A stretch of DNA of 64,000 nucleotides from Octopus sinensis (Eukaryota). The notes beneath the pieces are model-generated. The model had not been told where the DNA came from. It was given only the letters and a program-made list of their open reading frames with translations, and ran no database searches. Numbering within the stretch: the first letter of the stretch is position 1; the number at the start of each line of letters is the position of its first letter. Shown one piece after another: positions 50,831 to 63,882 of the stretch. The translations under genes were made by a program, and so were the position numbers. The stretch covers positions 85,498,001 through 85,562,000 of the forward strand of contig NC_043003.1 of the NCBI RefSeq assembly GCF_006345805.1, given 5' to 3'.

Positions 50831-52612
50831 AAGTCTTCACTCCTTCATGAGACAGTCTAACCAGTGAGGAAAATACAAGAAAGTGTAATGATGAGAGGGA
50901 AAAGAGCAAGTGTCTGATGGAAGAAATGGGGTGAGGGCTTTCTGGAAGAAGGAGTAATGGAAGAATGACAGATCTGATGTTATCCTATACATGCAGATGT
51001 CTTGAAGAGAACGAGATGAAGATCAATTAGGATCGAATGCTATTCCTCATTTCAGAGACAGTGTGGTGCAGTGAATAATAGAGAGGTTATCAAAAAGAAG
51101 GGAAACAAAGTTTTGATAAAGTATTGTATGAAAGCCTCCAATATTGTAGAAGCAGTTTGGTAAGTACTTTATGTAGCACCTGCAAACAAGTACAATGTGG
51201 AGCCTCTTCAAAAAAAACCCATGATGGCCAGAAGTTATAAGCATAAGGAGGACATACAGGAAACATTACTATATTAAAGAGAATAGACCTGTCACATAAG
51301 GTACTTACCAAACTGCTTCCCCACCCAACTCAACTACAAGTGAGGTGATATATGGTACCTCATGCCAGGGAAAACTGCAGAACTCCTTTGAAAAATCCCT
51401 CCAGGTGAGCACTGTTTGGACCAACGTATATAAGTACATAACAAGGACTCTTAGTTGTACTAAGTTTTACATAGGGGCTACTATGAGCCCTGTGAAACAG
51501 GGCATTGCCTTACATAAACATTCTTTTTCCAGCCTGAGGACTAGTTCTCTACATCACTAACCAGTAGTAATTATAGTTGGTAGTGGGATGTACCTGGCCC
51601 TGTAGAAAGGAAGGCATCCTTGCAGTCTATTTATTAAAGCTAGGTTAGAGATTATATTAACTAGTTGTAACCCTTATTTAATAAACACAATGAGATAGGG
51701 TTGTTTTGTGCCCACCAAAAGTCTCAAATCTGTTGACACTACTGGGTAGGTTGTAACTAACAAGATAGGCTAGTCTTCAGCTCTCGACATGTTAACAGTG
51801 ATATCTATGCCTCCTATTTTTGCATCAGCAAAATAATGAACTGTGTCTGGGATCCCATACAAAAAAACCTCTTTTGTTTATTCTTTGCATTTGCATCTCT
51901 ATCTTCCTATCCATTTGGCCATGATTGTCTCTGGAGCTTCTTCGCAGATACCAAATAATCCCACCACCATTATCAAGTATTTTGCATATAATATACTGAC
52001 CATCTAATACACCAAAAGGCCTGGACTCCATGGATTTCAATACCTGCCATAGCAATTTCAGATACTTGTGATTATATACCCTCTACATCAACACACTTGA
52101 TGATTCTTAACAGTGGATGGAGTTTAAATGTTTGTTACACCTTTGCTGACTTGTGCAATCAACTTGGGTGAACTTACTATTGTACATGCTGATTATTTAT
52201 ATGGCAGTATGACAAGCTTTTAGTTATGCATGTTTGATGGCATCAAGAAGTGCTGTTTGGTTATGTGACATGACAGCTTATGTATTTGTATGCATGTACA
52301 AGTGTGCACACAGGTGGCTGAAGCCATGTGTATGAGTATACTTGTATTTGGTTCTGTGTGTGTGTCTTTAAGTATGTGTGCGTGTGCAGCAGCCCCTAAC
52401 TGATGGTGTGCATTTGCCTTTGTTTTGTAACTATTTTGAATGTACTAACCCCTACCATATCTGCCAAATAGCATTTTCCTCAGCTAAATGCCGTAAATTT
52501 GTCAATGTTCATTTTCTTATACTGTCTCCTTGTGATGTACGCCACTAACTGTTGTTCCTCATCTGGTTGTGATTTTGCTGTTATAATTATTATTGATTTC
52601 TTAGTATTATTA

Positions 52613-52815
52613 AGGTGGCAAACTGGCAGAATTGTTAGTGCATTGGGCAAAATGTGTAGCAGCTTTTCTTTTGGCTCTTCACATTCCCAGTTCAAATTTG
52701 CTATGATTGATTTTACATTCTTCTTTTCAGGTTCAATAAAAGAGATTACTAGTTGAGCACCTCAATGTAATTGACTTACCCACTTCCCTAAAATTGCTGG
52801 CCTTGTTCCAAAATC
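52613..52815 (+). mobile_element. SINE family B, decayed
   Basis: GGTGGCAAACTGGCAGAATTGTTAG head. Confidence 0.7.
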
Positions 52816-52819
52816 TTCC

Positions 52820-53960
52820 AATAGCGTCAGATGTGACCACATTTTGGTCGCTGTCTAAGGCATACCCCTTCAGTACACCCACTTGTATACTTCTGTGGTA
52901 CACCTAGCTCACTTATGGTTGCTGACAACAGGATCGTTTTTTTCCACAGGTGTCCAGCAGGATTATCTTGGTCTGTTCCTTTCTGTGCTGGTTGTCAATG
53001 ACGTTAGCCAATCAGTCTGCTCACCCTTCAGTGCCTTGTATCTGGATGATGCAGCTAAATCTGTAGTTAGGGACCTTCAACAGGTTATTCCCTACCTAAA
53101 GCTTATTGGGCTTGAGATCAACCCATCCCAGTCAGAAGTGATTAATGTGAGTGATGATGAGGTTGAATTTTTAGAGGCCTAGCTCAGTATCCAGTCGATC
53201 TTGGAGGGAGTTTGGCTGACACCAAAGGACACTGTCTACATCCTTATCTCCCCAATCCTCCTCAATGCCTTGCAGACTTCCAGGTTGACCAAGAGATTGT
53301 GCTTCATTGACATACACCCAGTGCTCTTCCTCTTGAAGAATTGCTTTGCTCTGGCTAAGCCCCTTTTCGCACTACACAGTGTGCAAGTCAGTATCTCAGA
53401 GGCTGCCCCAGTAATTTTGATAACACCATCTAGTGCTGTGCTGAACTGATCTGCAAAGTCTGTTTTGACAATGCTGGCTGGCAACAGGCCAAACTACCTA
53501 TTAGATTTGGTGGCCTTGGTCTTTGATCTGCAGTGGACTGGCTCTGCTAGCCTATCTTTCTTTGGTCTCTTCCAGCTGCACCTTCATTGGCAAGATACTC
53601 CATGGGATAGCCAAACCTAATGTGGCCCAGGAACCAGAGTTGGCTCTAGCCAGATGGTTCACTGATGGGCTTACCATCCCCCAGAATAAAAAAATCCAAC
53701 CCTCAAGCAGCTAGAGACACCACTAGACTAGTACCACCTAGCCTTTCTCTTTTCTGCCTCACAGCCAAATAGTAGTGCATGGTTCAAATCAATAAATACA
53801 GGGGCCTGGTCGGTTTGAGATGTCAGATGTTCTAGGACCCCATTGTACCAATTTCCTGTACAAAACAGGGATAATGACAGCTTGTTGGAGAAATAAGCCC
53901 TGTGAGGTGGAGTGGCTGTTGCTGGTCATTTTCTGTGGCAGTGATTACTGTGGGGCATGG
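52820..53960 (+). mobile_element. CRE-like (R2-group) non-LTR retrotransposon RT fragment
   Basis: STGVQQ(G)D.LG.FL...LYLDDA...IGLEINPSQSEV and KLPIRFGGLGL motifs, with frameshifts. Confidence 0.65.
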
Positions 53961-54310
53961 TTGAGCACACCATTTGTTATGGGGTATGTGGCCCATAACC
54001 CCATCTCCCTCAATCGTCTGGTGCTTTACCCCCCGCCCCATCTTTTTTCCTTTTCTTTTTATTGTCTCTCTTCATTCTTGTTTCTTTGTATTAAATGTTC
54101 TAATAAAATTTAGTATTCTCCCTTATATTATTGTTATTTTTGTTCTTACTATTGATTTTATATTGTCTGGAGTTTCTTTCTCTTTCTCTTCTGTATCATT
54201 TATGTATATGAGTGCATGCAGGTGTGTGCATGAAGCTAGGTATGGAATTGATAGCCTTCTATCTCCCCCTCTTCACACTCATATTTTCACATTCTTTTCC
54301 TCTCACTTTC

Positions 54311-54970
54311 GTTGATGACCCATCCTTCTTGTTGTTGATCATCAATGGTGACAAGAATTGGGCTACGGATACAACCCTGAGACGAAACAGCAGTTGTCAC
54401 TATAGAAGAGCCCTTCATCTTCATGACCAAAGAAGCTACAACAGCTGCAGCTCTATCATGTGCATGCTTATCATTTTTTTCAACATCTGTGGTATTGTGC
54501 ATTGAGGATATGTCCCCCTAGTCCAGACCTTCAATCAAGAGTTCTGCTGGATATTTTGAAACATTTGAGAGAGAACATATGGTGAAAGTGACTGGATCTG
54601 TAGGGTGCAAAGAACTGGATTCTTCACAACAATGTACCCTGTCACTGAGCTTTCTTCAAATGTGAGTCTCCCACCAAAAACAACATGGTATCACTTCTGC
54701 ACCTGCCCTTTTTGCCAGATATAGCACCTGTAAACTTCTATCTCTTCCCCAAGATGAAAATGCAGCTCAAAGATTGCTGTTTTAACACAGTTGTTGAGAG
54801 CACTTATGAAAGATGACTTCCAGGATGGATTCCAAAAGTGGCAGGAATGCTGGGATTGGTGTATTGTTGCACAAGATGACTGTTTCGAAGCAGATGATGT
54901 TAAAGCCCAAGTAAATAAGTTATTTTTTTATTAAATGTAACTAGTCTGGGAATTTTTTGATACCACTTCT
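54311..54970 (+). mobile_element. mariner (DD34D-type) transposase remnant
   Basis: INGDKNW..GYNPETKQQ, FFNICGIVH, PDIAPVNFYLFPKMK, FQKWQECWDWCI. Confidence 0.8.
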
Positions 54971-55010
54971 TTGTTGTACTTTTGCTCATAATGTTGAAGC
55001 TGGTTGACTA

Positions 55011-55367
55011 TCTCTCTATATATAAACAGCAAAATGTCTGTGTGTGTCCTTTATACAAATCCACAATTTTTCAGCTAGAGGGCTCACACTTTCTATGGTT
55101 ATTCAAAACCGTCCAAGGGTGGTTGTGCACATCTTTACATTTCTCCAGTCACCCCACAAAGCCATTAAAAAATCAATAGAGGTGACTTTTTTGTGAATTT
55201 TCTATCCCAAACCCAATCAAAATGCCCAAAATTGATACGCCAATTGAATGCCAGCTAGCTGTATGTGATTGGTCGGAGATTTGGACAGTATTCGCGTGTA
55301 TGTGCGCATGCACACAGCTGTATATGCACTAGCACTATGACCCGGCGTTACTGGGTCATAGTGCTAG
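55011..55367 (+). mobile_element. Non-autonomous Helitron (357 bp)
   Basis: A|TCTCTCTATATATAAA...CTAG|T insertion signature; 3' hairpin 55328-55368. Confidence 0.8.
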
Positions 55368-55399
55368 TTGTGTTATAAAATAGGGCCAACCAGCTTAAG

Positions 55400-56650
55400 T
55401 AATAACAGCAGTTAGTTTACTGAATCACATGTACAATAAAATTAAGGAATCACCTAATCTGTTGCTATGGACCAAAGTCTCTTAGTGATATCTTGGTTCA
55501 GATCCATCCACCAATAAAGATACGGCAAAATTCATGCAATTTGATATTGTGGATTTTTACCCATCAATATCCAAATACTTCTGTGCAACATATTTAGAAT
55601 TTGCACATCAGTTTATAGCCATTTATGAACATCAAATATGCCTCATGCATACATGTAAAAAAAACTATTATTCAGTTGCTGATTTATTTGGACCAAAAAA
55701 GCACTTTTTAGCTATTTAACATCCCAGTGGTTTTGCGTAACAACATAGATATGTGTGGATTTGATTAGTTTATACGTATTAAACCATCTCAATACAAAAA
55801 TTCCCAACCACAGCATTGTATATACCAGGATAATGCTTTGGCCACATAGTACAATTGTGACAGCCAGCCATGCTACGGATTCTTTTAGAAAATATTTGAT
55901 TACTACCTATAGTTTCTTAGAGTTTAAAATTACTATTGACACTAACCTATCTAGAGCTGACTTTTTAGATGTTTCCTAAAGCCTCAAAGCTAATTCCTAT
56001 AAACACTTTCAAAAGCCCAACAAAAATCTAAAATATATTTAAAACTCTTGCCACCACCCCTATTTACGAACCTAATTCCTAACATTAGCCATAGAATGAC
56101 ATGATTTTCTTCATCTGGAGAATTATTTGTAAAGACAGCTTCTTGTAAGGTTTCGCTTTACTGATAACTGTTCTGCCTCTCAGCCATCTAGATATTGGAA
56201 TAGATCTCTCTAAATGTTAGGACAAATATAGGTAAAAATTTCTTAATTAGATGAGCATTTTCCTGCAATCTTAGGTATAATAAAATATTTAATAGGCACA
56301 TAGTTAAAATGACATATTCCTCTCCCTTTAGCATAAAACCTATATCGACAATGAATCAGTCTTGGGTGCACATGCAGTATATTTTCTGCCATGTATGAGG
56401 TACAAGTAATGGTAAATCAAAACACCAGCAGAAGAGAAACCAAGCATTATGTAGAATCTGTATAGGATAAATTTAAAACTAGCTACAACAAACATCTTTC
56501 TTCTTTTAGGTACCCCAAGAGACATACTATGACCCTCTCAGCATTAATCTAGAGACTTAAGGACGTGGGTACAACTACAGCATCAACTAGAAGCATCTTT
56601 TTATGGATCAAAAAGATGTTCTGTATGTTCACTTGAAAAACGATATCTTT
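55400..56650 (+). mobile_element. Penelope-like element, degenerate
   Basis: MQFDIVDFYPSIS, FKITIDTNL...DFLDV and decayed thumb and GIY-YIG segments. Confidence 0.75.
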
Positions 56651-57239
56651 CGAAGAACTTCTGAACATCAATGGATTGTATAAACAAGAAAGTTTTCTCA
56701 AATACACTCTTTACAGAGTATTCCCCCTATACCATCATGTTCATAGTCCATTGATCTCATTTGCTTATTCACCACATGGTTCTACAAATGCCTAAACACT
56801 GATAATTCTCCTATATTTCAATGTCTTGTGTAATTCCAACAATATTCCCACTGTTCTCTTAGTGCTTCCTGTGTCGGTTTGAAATTTTTACTCTTGTAAG
56901 AATCCGCTGTTCAGGGAATTGCATCCCCTTGATTGCTCTTTTTTCAAACCACACATTCTCATTTAAATATCCATTAACTCATATTGGAGTTGCTAACTCA
57001 CCATATTGACATTACTAGCTTGAGAAATGTTGAAACACATTTAGAAACCCTAGACGGCCGAATTTCACATAGTTTTTGTGCAGTTCTTATTATTAATGAT
57101 ATGTTTCTATACATTACAGATTCTGGCTGTGTGGTAAGAAATTTGCTTCCGAACCATATGGTTCTGGGTTCAGTCCCACTGCATGGCACCTTGGGCAAGT
57201 ATTTCTCCCTGGAATGTGGTGGAAGATGGTCTCTGCACA

Positions 57240-59600
57240 TTTTCAGTGTTTATTGCTCCTGAGCATCTGCCACATACAAAAACTATTTTCCTAGTTAGCC
57301 TTCCTTTGACATTGCTGCACCTCTTATGTGTCCATAGCTTACACTTGGTGCATCTTATAGAGTTTCTACCTATGCCTTTTCTACAGATCGAGCAGGGCCA
57401 TCTACCTGAAGGCGTTTGTGATTTGTCTACCTTCCTACTTATCAGGACTTTGGTTTTAGCTAGGTTGACTCTAAGGCCCTTCGATTCTAATCCTTGCTTC
57501 TACACCTGAAACTTCTCCAGTTCTGATAGTGACTCAGCAATTAGAGCAAGGTCATCAGCATAGAGGAGCTCCCAGGGGCATCCTGTCTTGAATTCTTCCG
57601 TTATTGCCTGGAGGACTATGATAAATAGGAGGGGGCTGAGGACTGAACCTTGGTGGACCCCAACCTCTACCCAGAATTCTTCACTGTACTTGTTGCCAAC
57701 CCTCACCTTACTAGCAGCATCCCTGTACATGGCTCGCACAGCTCTCACTAACCATTCATCTATCCCTAGTTTCCTCATTGACCAACAGATAAGGGATCGG
57801 GGGACCCTGTCGAAGACTTTCTCGATGTCAACAAAACCCAGGTACAGGGGCTTATCTTTGGCTAGGTATTTCTCCTGCAGCTGTCTTACCAGGAATATAG
57901 CATCAGTAGTACTTTTCCTTGGCATGAACCCAAACTGCATTCCATCTAAACTAACTCTCTCTAATTAGTTGGGCTACGACCCTCTCTGTAACCTTCATTA
58001 CCTGATCCAACAGCTTGATACTCCTGTAGTTATTTGTATCTAGGGCGTCACCTTTACCTTTGTAGCAGTTGACTATTATGCTGCAACACCAGTCATTGGG
58101 AATGACTCCTTCGTGTATCACATGGTTAACTATATGGATGACTAGGTTATAGCTGACACTACCAGATATTTTGAGCAGCTCTGCAGTAATTCCTGATGGG
58201 CCTGGGGCTTTCCCTGTCTTCATGCTTCTAATTGCCTTAACTACCAAGGAACTGTCAACTCGAATAGCTGGTCCCTCTGTTGGGTCGACATTCGGCAGAT
58301 TCTCTTTATCCCATTCATTTTCTTTATTCAGCAACCTTTCATAGTGGCGTCTCCAAACCTCTCTCTTTGCATCCTCATTTAGCGCAAGTGAACCATCATC
58401 CATGCAAACACATTTCTCTCCTACCACATCACGATTCTCTCTCACACACTGTCTTGCAACACGAAATACCTCAAGTCTTTCATCCTCACGGAGCAGAACA
58501 TTGGCAAATTTTTTCTTATCTGCTTCCCCTCTGGCTAAATACACCTGCCTCCTAGCTTCCCTTCTGGTAGTCTGATACACTTCCCTGCTACCACCGTTCT
58601 TCCAGTCCTTCCAAGCCTGTTTCTTTTGTCTAATAGCCCTGTCAACAATATTGTTCCACCACCACGTTATTTTGGGTCTTGAGGGGACTTTGCACCAACC
58701 ACAGATCTGGTCAGTGGCTCTCAGCAGGCTGTCCCTTAGAAACCTCCAGTTGTCTTCTACCCCATGTGAAGCTATACCCCCTTCCATTTCGTCAAAGGCT
58801 TCAAGTAATATGTCTCTAAATCTCTGTCCATTTGCAGGATCTTTAAGCTTCCAGACCCTTCTTCTCCATGTTGGTCGTCCTCTTAGTTCTGATCCTAAAG
58901 TCACTAACTACCAGTCTATGTTGTGGGGTACATTCTTCGCCTGGGAAGGTTTTGGCATTTATAAGCAGCCATCTTTCCCTTTTTCTGGCAAGGATGTAGT
59001 CGATTTGGCTAGTATGTCGGCCCGATCGGTAGGTGACTAGGTGGCTTGTAGGTTTCCTGAAGTTAGTGTTGCAAACCATAAGACTATTCGCATCGCAGAT
59101 CTCCAGCAGCCTGGTTCCCCCCTCGTTGCGGGAACCATAACCATAGCCTCCATGTACGCCATGGAAGCCCCCAGCATGTCGTCCAACATGCCCATTGAAG
59201 TCACCAGCCACAAAGAAAAGGTCCCTGTTGTTTGTCGATGAGGTAGTCTGCAGTAGGGTGTCATAGAATCGGTATGTGATGCTATATCCTCCTCTTTTTC
59301 ATTAAAAGCTTCAAGTAATATGTCTCTAAATTTCTGTCCATTCAGAGGATTCTTAAGCTTCCAGACCTATCTTTTCCATGCTGGTCGTCTTCTGGGCAGC
59401 CGTTTAGCACTGATCCTGAAGTTGCTAACTACTAATCTATGTTGTGGGGTACATTCTTCACGTGGGAAAGTTTTGGCATTTCTAAGTAAACATCTTTCCA
59501 GTTTCCTGGCAAGAATGTAATCAATCTGACTAGTGTGCTCACCAGACTGGTGGGTAAACAGGTGACTGGCAGGTTTCCCAAAGTTCATAAACCAAATCAA
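57240..59600 (-). mobile_element. RTE LINE, large fragment (APE endonuclease to RT), frameshifted; extra partial copy at 59280-59600
   Basis: MAGDFNGHVG and SQIDYIL (endonuclease); 317-aa linker ORF; QFGFMP, HQGSVLSP and YADDLALI (RT). Confidence 0.92.
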
Positions 59601-60213
59601 TATATATATAATAAGTTATATATTTTTTAAATTTTATTTATTTTATCTAGTTTCATTGGAGTTTGAAGCTGTTGTTTATAATATTTATACTTTCTAAATC
59701 ATTCAACATGAGCTGGAGTCATTCTGTTTATTTTTTGCATTTGTCTCATACTGCTAAATGAAATAGTTTTCTAAAATTTTTTTTAAATAAAGAACACCAA
59801 TAGACACATTTTTATAGAAGGAAAAGAGAAAACAAATTTAAAAGTATGAAAAATTAAGTTACTGAGGAAAAAGTCCATATAAATTATCCAATACCGTTTC
59901 TACTTTCTTGCTACAACAGGGTCTCCTCTTAGTGGTCCTGTTTGTCTTTTGTACTTGAAAGTTCATTCTAAATGCTTAACTAACCTAATTTTATGTATAA
60001 CAAAATGCAATGTGTTTCACATTGGTTACACTGGCAGAAGGAAACTAAAACAACAAATGGATTGGGAGTGAGTGACAGAGATGTTCAATGCAGGCAAACT
60101 TTAATGAGATGTTTTGTTCTAAAGTTGGTATTTTAATCAAATTGAAACAAAATTTTTACACACATAGTTAAGTGACACTTTTGAGAGAATGATTTGTGAC
60201 AATATGCTGTCCC

Positions 60214-61230
60214 TCATGTATGAATGTGTTTGTGAGTTTTTAAATGACTTGTCTGAGAGAACGATTTCCCACAGATATTACAGTGATATGGTTTTTCTCC
60301 TGTATGAATACGTTTGTGTTTATTTAAGACACTTCCTTCAGAAAATGATTTGCCACAAATATCACAGTGATATGGCTTCTCTCCTGTATGAATACGCTCA
60401 TGAGTAATTAATTTACGCATTTCAGAGAATGATTTATTGCAGATACTACAATGATATGGCTTTTCTATCGTATGAATAAGTATGTGAGTTGTTAAGTGGC
60501 CTGTTTGCGAGAATGATTTACCACAAATATCACAATGATATGGTTTCTCACCTGTATGAATGCGTCTGTGTTTAGTTAAGACACTGCCTTCAGAGAAAGA
60601 TTTACCACAGATATCACACTGATATGGCTTCTCTCCTGTATGAATGCGTTTGTGTATAATTAAGTCACCATTTCGAGAGAATGATTTACCACAGATATCA
60701 CAACAATGTGGCTTCTCTCCTGTATGAATGTATTTGTGATTAATTAAGCTACTTCTAGCAGAGAATGATTTACTACAGAGATCACAGTGATGTGGCTTCT
60801 CTCCTGTGTGGATATTTTTGTGAGTAGTTAAGCTACTTCTTGCAGAGAATGATTTACCACAGATATTACAGTTGTATGGTTTTTCTCCTGTATGAATGCG
60901 TTTGTGTTTAGTTAAGACACTTCCTTCAGCAAATGATCGACCACAGATATCACATTGATGCAGTTTCTCTCCAGTATGAATATGTCTGTGACTAGTTAAG
61001 CTATATCTCTGACAGAATGATTTACCACAAATATCACAGCAGTATGGTTTTTCCCCTGTATGAATGCGTTTGTGAGTAGTAAGATTACCTTTTTGAGAGA
61101 ATGACTTTTGACAGATATCACAGTGGTATGATGGCTTTCCTATCTCTTTCAGCATCTCATCAGGAAAATCAACCCTTTTCAGCTGTTTTTCACATTTAAA
61201 TTGGTTCTTGCATAAATCATTTTCCATCAT
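60214..61230 (-). CDS. Tandem C2H2 zinc-finger protein, 11 fingers, 338 aa
   Basis: Eleven C2H2 units with TGEKP-type linkers. Upstream minus-strand acceptor at ~61582. Confidence 0.95.
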   Translation of the reverse strand: MMENDLCKNQFKCEKQLKRVDFPDEMLKEIGKPSYHCDICQKSFSQKGNLTTHKRIHTGEKPYCCDICGKSFCQRYSLTSHRHIHTGEKLHQCDICGRSFAEGSVLTKHKRIHTGEKPYNCNICGKSFSARSSLTTHKNIHTGEKPHHCDLCSKSFSARSSLINHKYIHTGEKPHCCDICGKSFSRNGDLIIHKRIHTGEKPYQCDICGKSFSEGSVLTKHRRIHTGEKPYHCDICGKSFSQTGHLTTHILIHTIEKPYHCSICNKSFSEMRKLITHERIHTGEKPYHCDICGKSFSEGSVLNKHKRIHTGEKPYHCNICGKSFSQTSHLKTHKHIHT

Positions 61231-62229
61231 TTTTCTTCTCTAAACACAATATATGTATATTTTCCTTTTTATTATATAATTTATTCCAAACAAATATTTC
61301 TACTGCTATATTTCCATCAACTATTATTGTTGTTGATATTTCAATATACTGCATACATCTTTGTTATATTTGTCCAAGTTAGAATGCAAAATCATCTTGT
61401 TCACAAAAGTGAAGCAGAGACATTTTGCTAGTCGTAAATGTCATGAGGAAATGTTTGATAGTAAGTCTGCCAAAGAAAAGGCAGGAGTTACATCTGTTCT
61501 GTAAAGCATTATTATTCAGCCTTTAAAAGATATACACCTTTGATGAAGTAAATGATTCTTTTATGTTGATGTTGTTTGATTCTGAAATAACAAAAAAAAA
61601 AAAAAACAGTATAAGATATAGAGTACAAGATATATAAAGTCTTTTTGTCTCCAGAAACATCATAACACTACTCAGTTGATGCTTAATACATGTTATCCAA
61701 GTTTTTCCCTCGTAACTTTGAGGAAAATATAACACTTGAAATCACAAATTAGGCTTTTCCTCAAGAACTTAGATGCTAACGATCTCTTTGAAGGGTTTGG
61801 ATCCTTACTTCTACTAATATATACACATACACACACACATATGAAATCACTCACTCGCTCCATTTGACCCATAACATTGCTATGCCATTGGAACTTTAGC
61901 TACACAAAGTATATTACATGAAAGATGTTTCTCTCTCTCCCTCTCTCCACACAAAATTGAAACGTATTAGTTTATCCAATTAAAATTTCAGCATGAAAAA
62001 TTGCTAAAGGAAAGTGTAAACATTGGATACCATTTGAAAACTAGTGATTTTTAAGAGGTATGTAAAAGATATTTTGTTTTAATATAATACTTTGTTTCAC
62101 ACACACACAAACACCAATGTGGTTTTTATAAGGATTTTGTGTCATTCTTTCTCTCTCCTGTCCAGACTTCATTACCACTAATTTTTATAAAGGTGCACTT
62201 GTAAAAAATTAATAAAATTTTAAAGAAAG

Positions 62230-62810
62230 AAACAGCCCCTGTTTTCCTGACAAAAAAGGGTTTTGTGGCATATTAGGTCACGATAATTTATTCATTGAAA
62301 AAAAGAAAAACATTTTCCAATAATTCCGGTTTCCTCCCCACCCAATTTTTCCAAAGAAAAATAAGGGGTTTGCAACACATTAGGCATCCATAATGCATGC
62401 CATTTAAAAGGTATTTACATACAACTTCATTAAAAGATATCCATTTTCCTCAAAGTTATGTGGGAAAAACTCAGATCTTGTGCGTCTTGTGAATTTCCAA
62501 ATTACAAAAATAAACAAATTTGGGATAAAATAGGGTGGGGGACGGGCGGAAGTTTTTCCAAAAAGATAAAATAAAAAAGGGGGTTGGGGTTGGGGGGGTA
62601 CAAAAGGAAGTCTTGCTCGTATTTCTGCAAAATGTTATCTAAAATTATGGGTAAAGAAAAAAAATGGCAAAAAATATTTGAAAATAGGGTTGGGGATGAA
62701 ATTTCTAAGGATTCCAGCCCACCCCGTTTTCCGGACCCATTTGTAGCATATTAGGAGGTCAGCGGAATTCAGTCAACGAAAAAAGAAAAAAAAATTCCAA
62801 TGATTTATTT
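62230..62810. repeat. Decayed subrepeat-rich element related to 30280-30535, 33470-33780 and 11390-11530
   Basis: GGGAAAAACTCAGATCTTGTG shared with ~30437; ATATTAGG..GTCA..GGAATTCA.TCAA units. Confidence 0.6.
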
Positions 62811-63092
62811 AAGGGGGAGATAACTAGTAAGTCAACTTATTGTTAAACAACAAATACAGCGAATTACAAATTTCGCACGTGTATAAATTCAGTTGACGCC
62901 GTGCCAACCACTGAAGAATCTTGTCTCGTGATTCGGCTAATTGGGTGATATTCCAAGATTGACTCACAGTTGACGATTTGAATTTCAGGAACAATGAATT
63001 GCGGTCTCGCTGGTCTTCCACGTGCCATTCTGATCAATTCCAAAGTAAATAATATCCAGTATTTATGTTCTTTAACAGAAAGGTGGCCATTT

Positions 63093-63504
63093 GGCGATCT
63101 TTCGTCTCTAGTAGACCTTTCCGTCGATTTCCGTAAAAAAATTTTTTTTTTACATATGGGCTTGCGGGAACTTTTGAAGTAATGAGAGCGAAAGAGACTA
63201 AGAGAAAGCGATTGTATGACGAGGGAAGTTCTTTTGAAGTTACCGTGCATGGGAGCATTGATGTATGTGTGTGTTTGATGGGGTGTGGGAGACAGACAGT
63301 ATGTTGTGTAAGTGAAGTGCTTCTGTTAGTGTGTGTGAAGAGACAGAGTAATGTGTGAAAGAAAGAGATAACTGAAATTTTTTATTCGGTGTATGTGTAT
63401 ATGTATGTATATTAGTTCAAAAGTTCCTGCAAGCCCATAAGTAAAAAAAAAAAAAAAATTTTACGGAAATCGACGGAAAGGTCTACTAGAGACGAAAGAT
63501 CGCC
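63093..63504. mobile_element. MITE with ~85-bp TIRs
   Basis: GGCGATCTTTCGTCTCTAGTAGACCTTTCCGTCGATTTCCGTAA... and its reverse complement. No TSD found. Confidence 0.85.
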
Positions 63505-63514
63505 CTTGTGGCGA

Positions 63515-63882
63515 AAAACGAGACATTGCTGGCATAATTTCGTTATATCTATACTCCACAACCCACAGAAATACCCGGAGTGAAATGTTTTGATTTTGTT
63601 GAGTTATATCGAAAGTTGGATACTAGATTATTATTGACTGGCATTCTTTCGACAAAATCAAAACATTTCATTTCGCGTATTTCCGTGGAAGCAAATGACA
63701 GTTCGATTCTGTTTTCTGCTTGGAAATTTGCGGATTTTACATGCACACATGAAACAGCTAAGAACAAATATGCAAGGCTTTTTTTCTTCAAGTTTAAAAC
63801 GAGACATTGCTGGCATAATTTCGTTATATCTATACTCCACAACCCACAGAAATGTTTTGATTTTGTTGAGTTATATCGAAAG
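63515..63882. repeat. ~90-100-bp direct repeat (63515-63615 and 63796-63882)
   Basis: AAAACGAGACATTGCTGGCATAATTTCG...TATCGAAAG; the second copy lacks a short GAAAT-flanked segment. Confidence 0.9.

Noticed and set aside
51825-52055. 76-aa minus ORF
   Set aside because: No motif or supporting splice structure.
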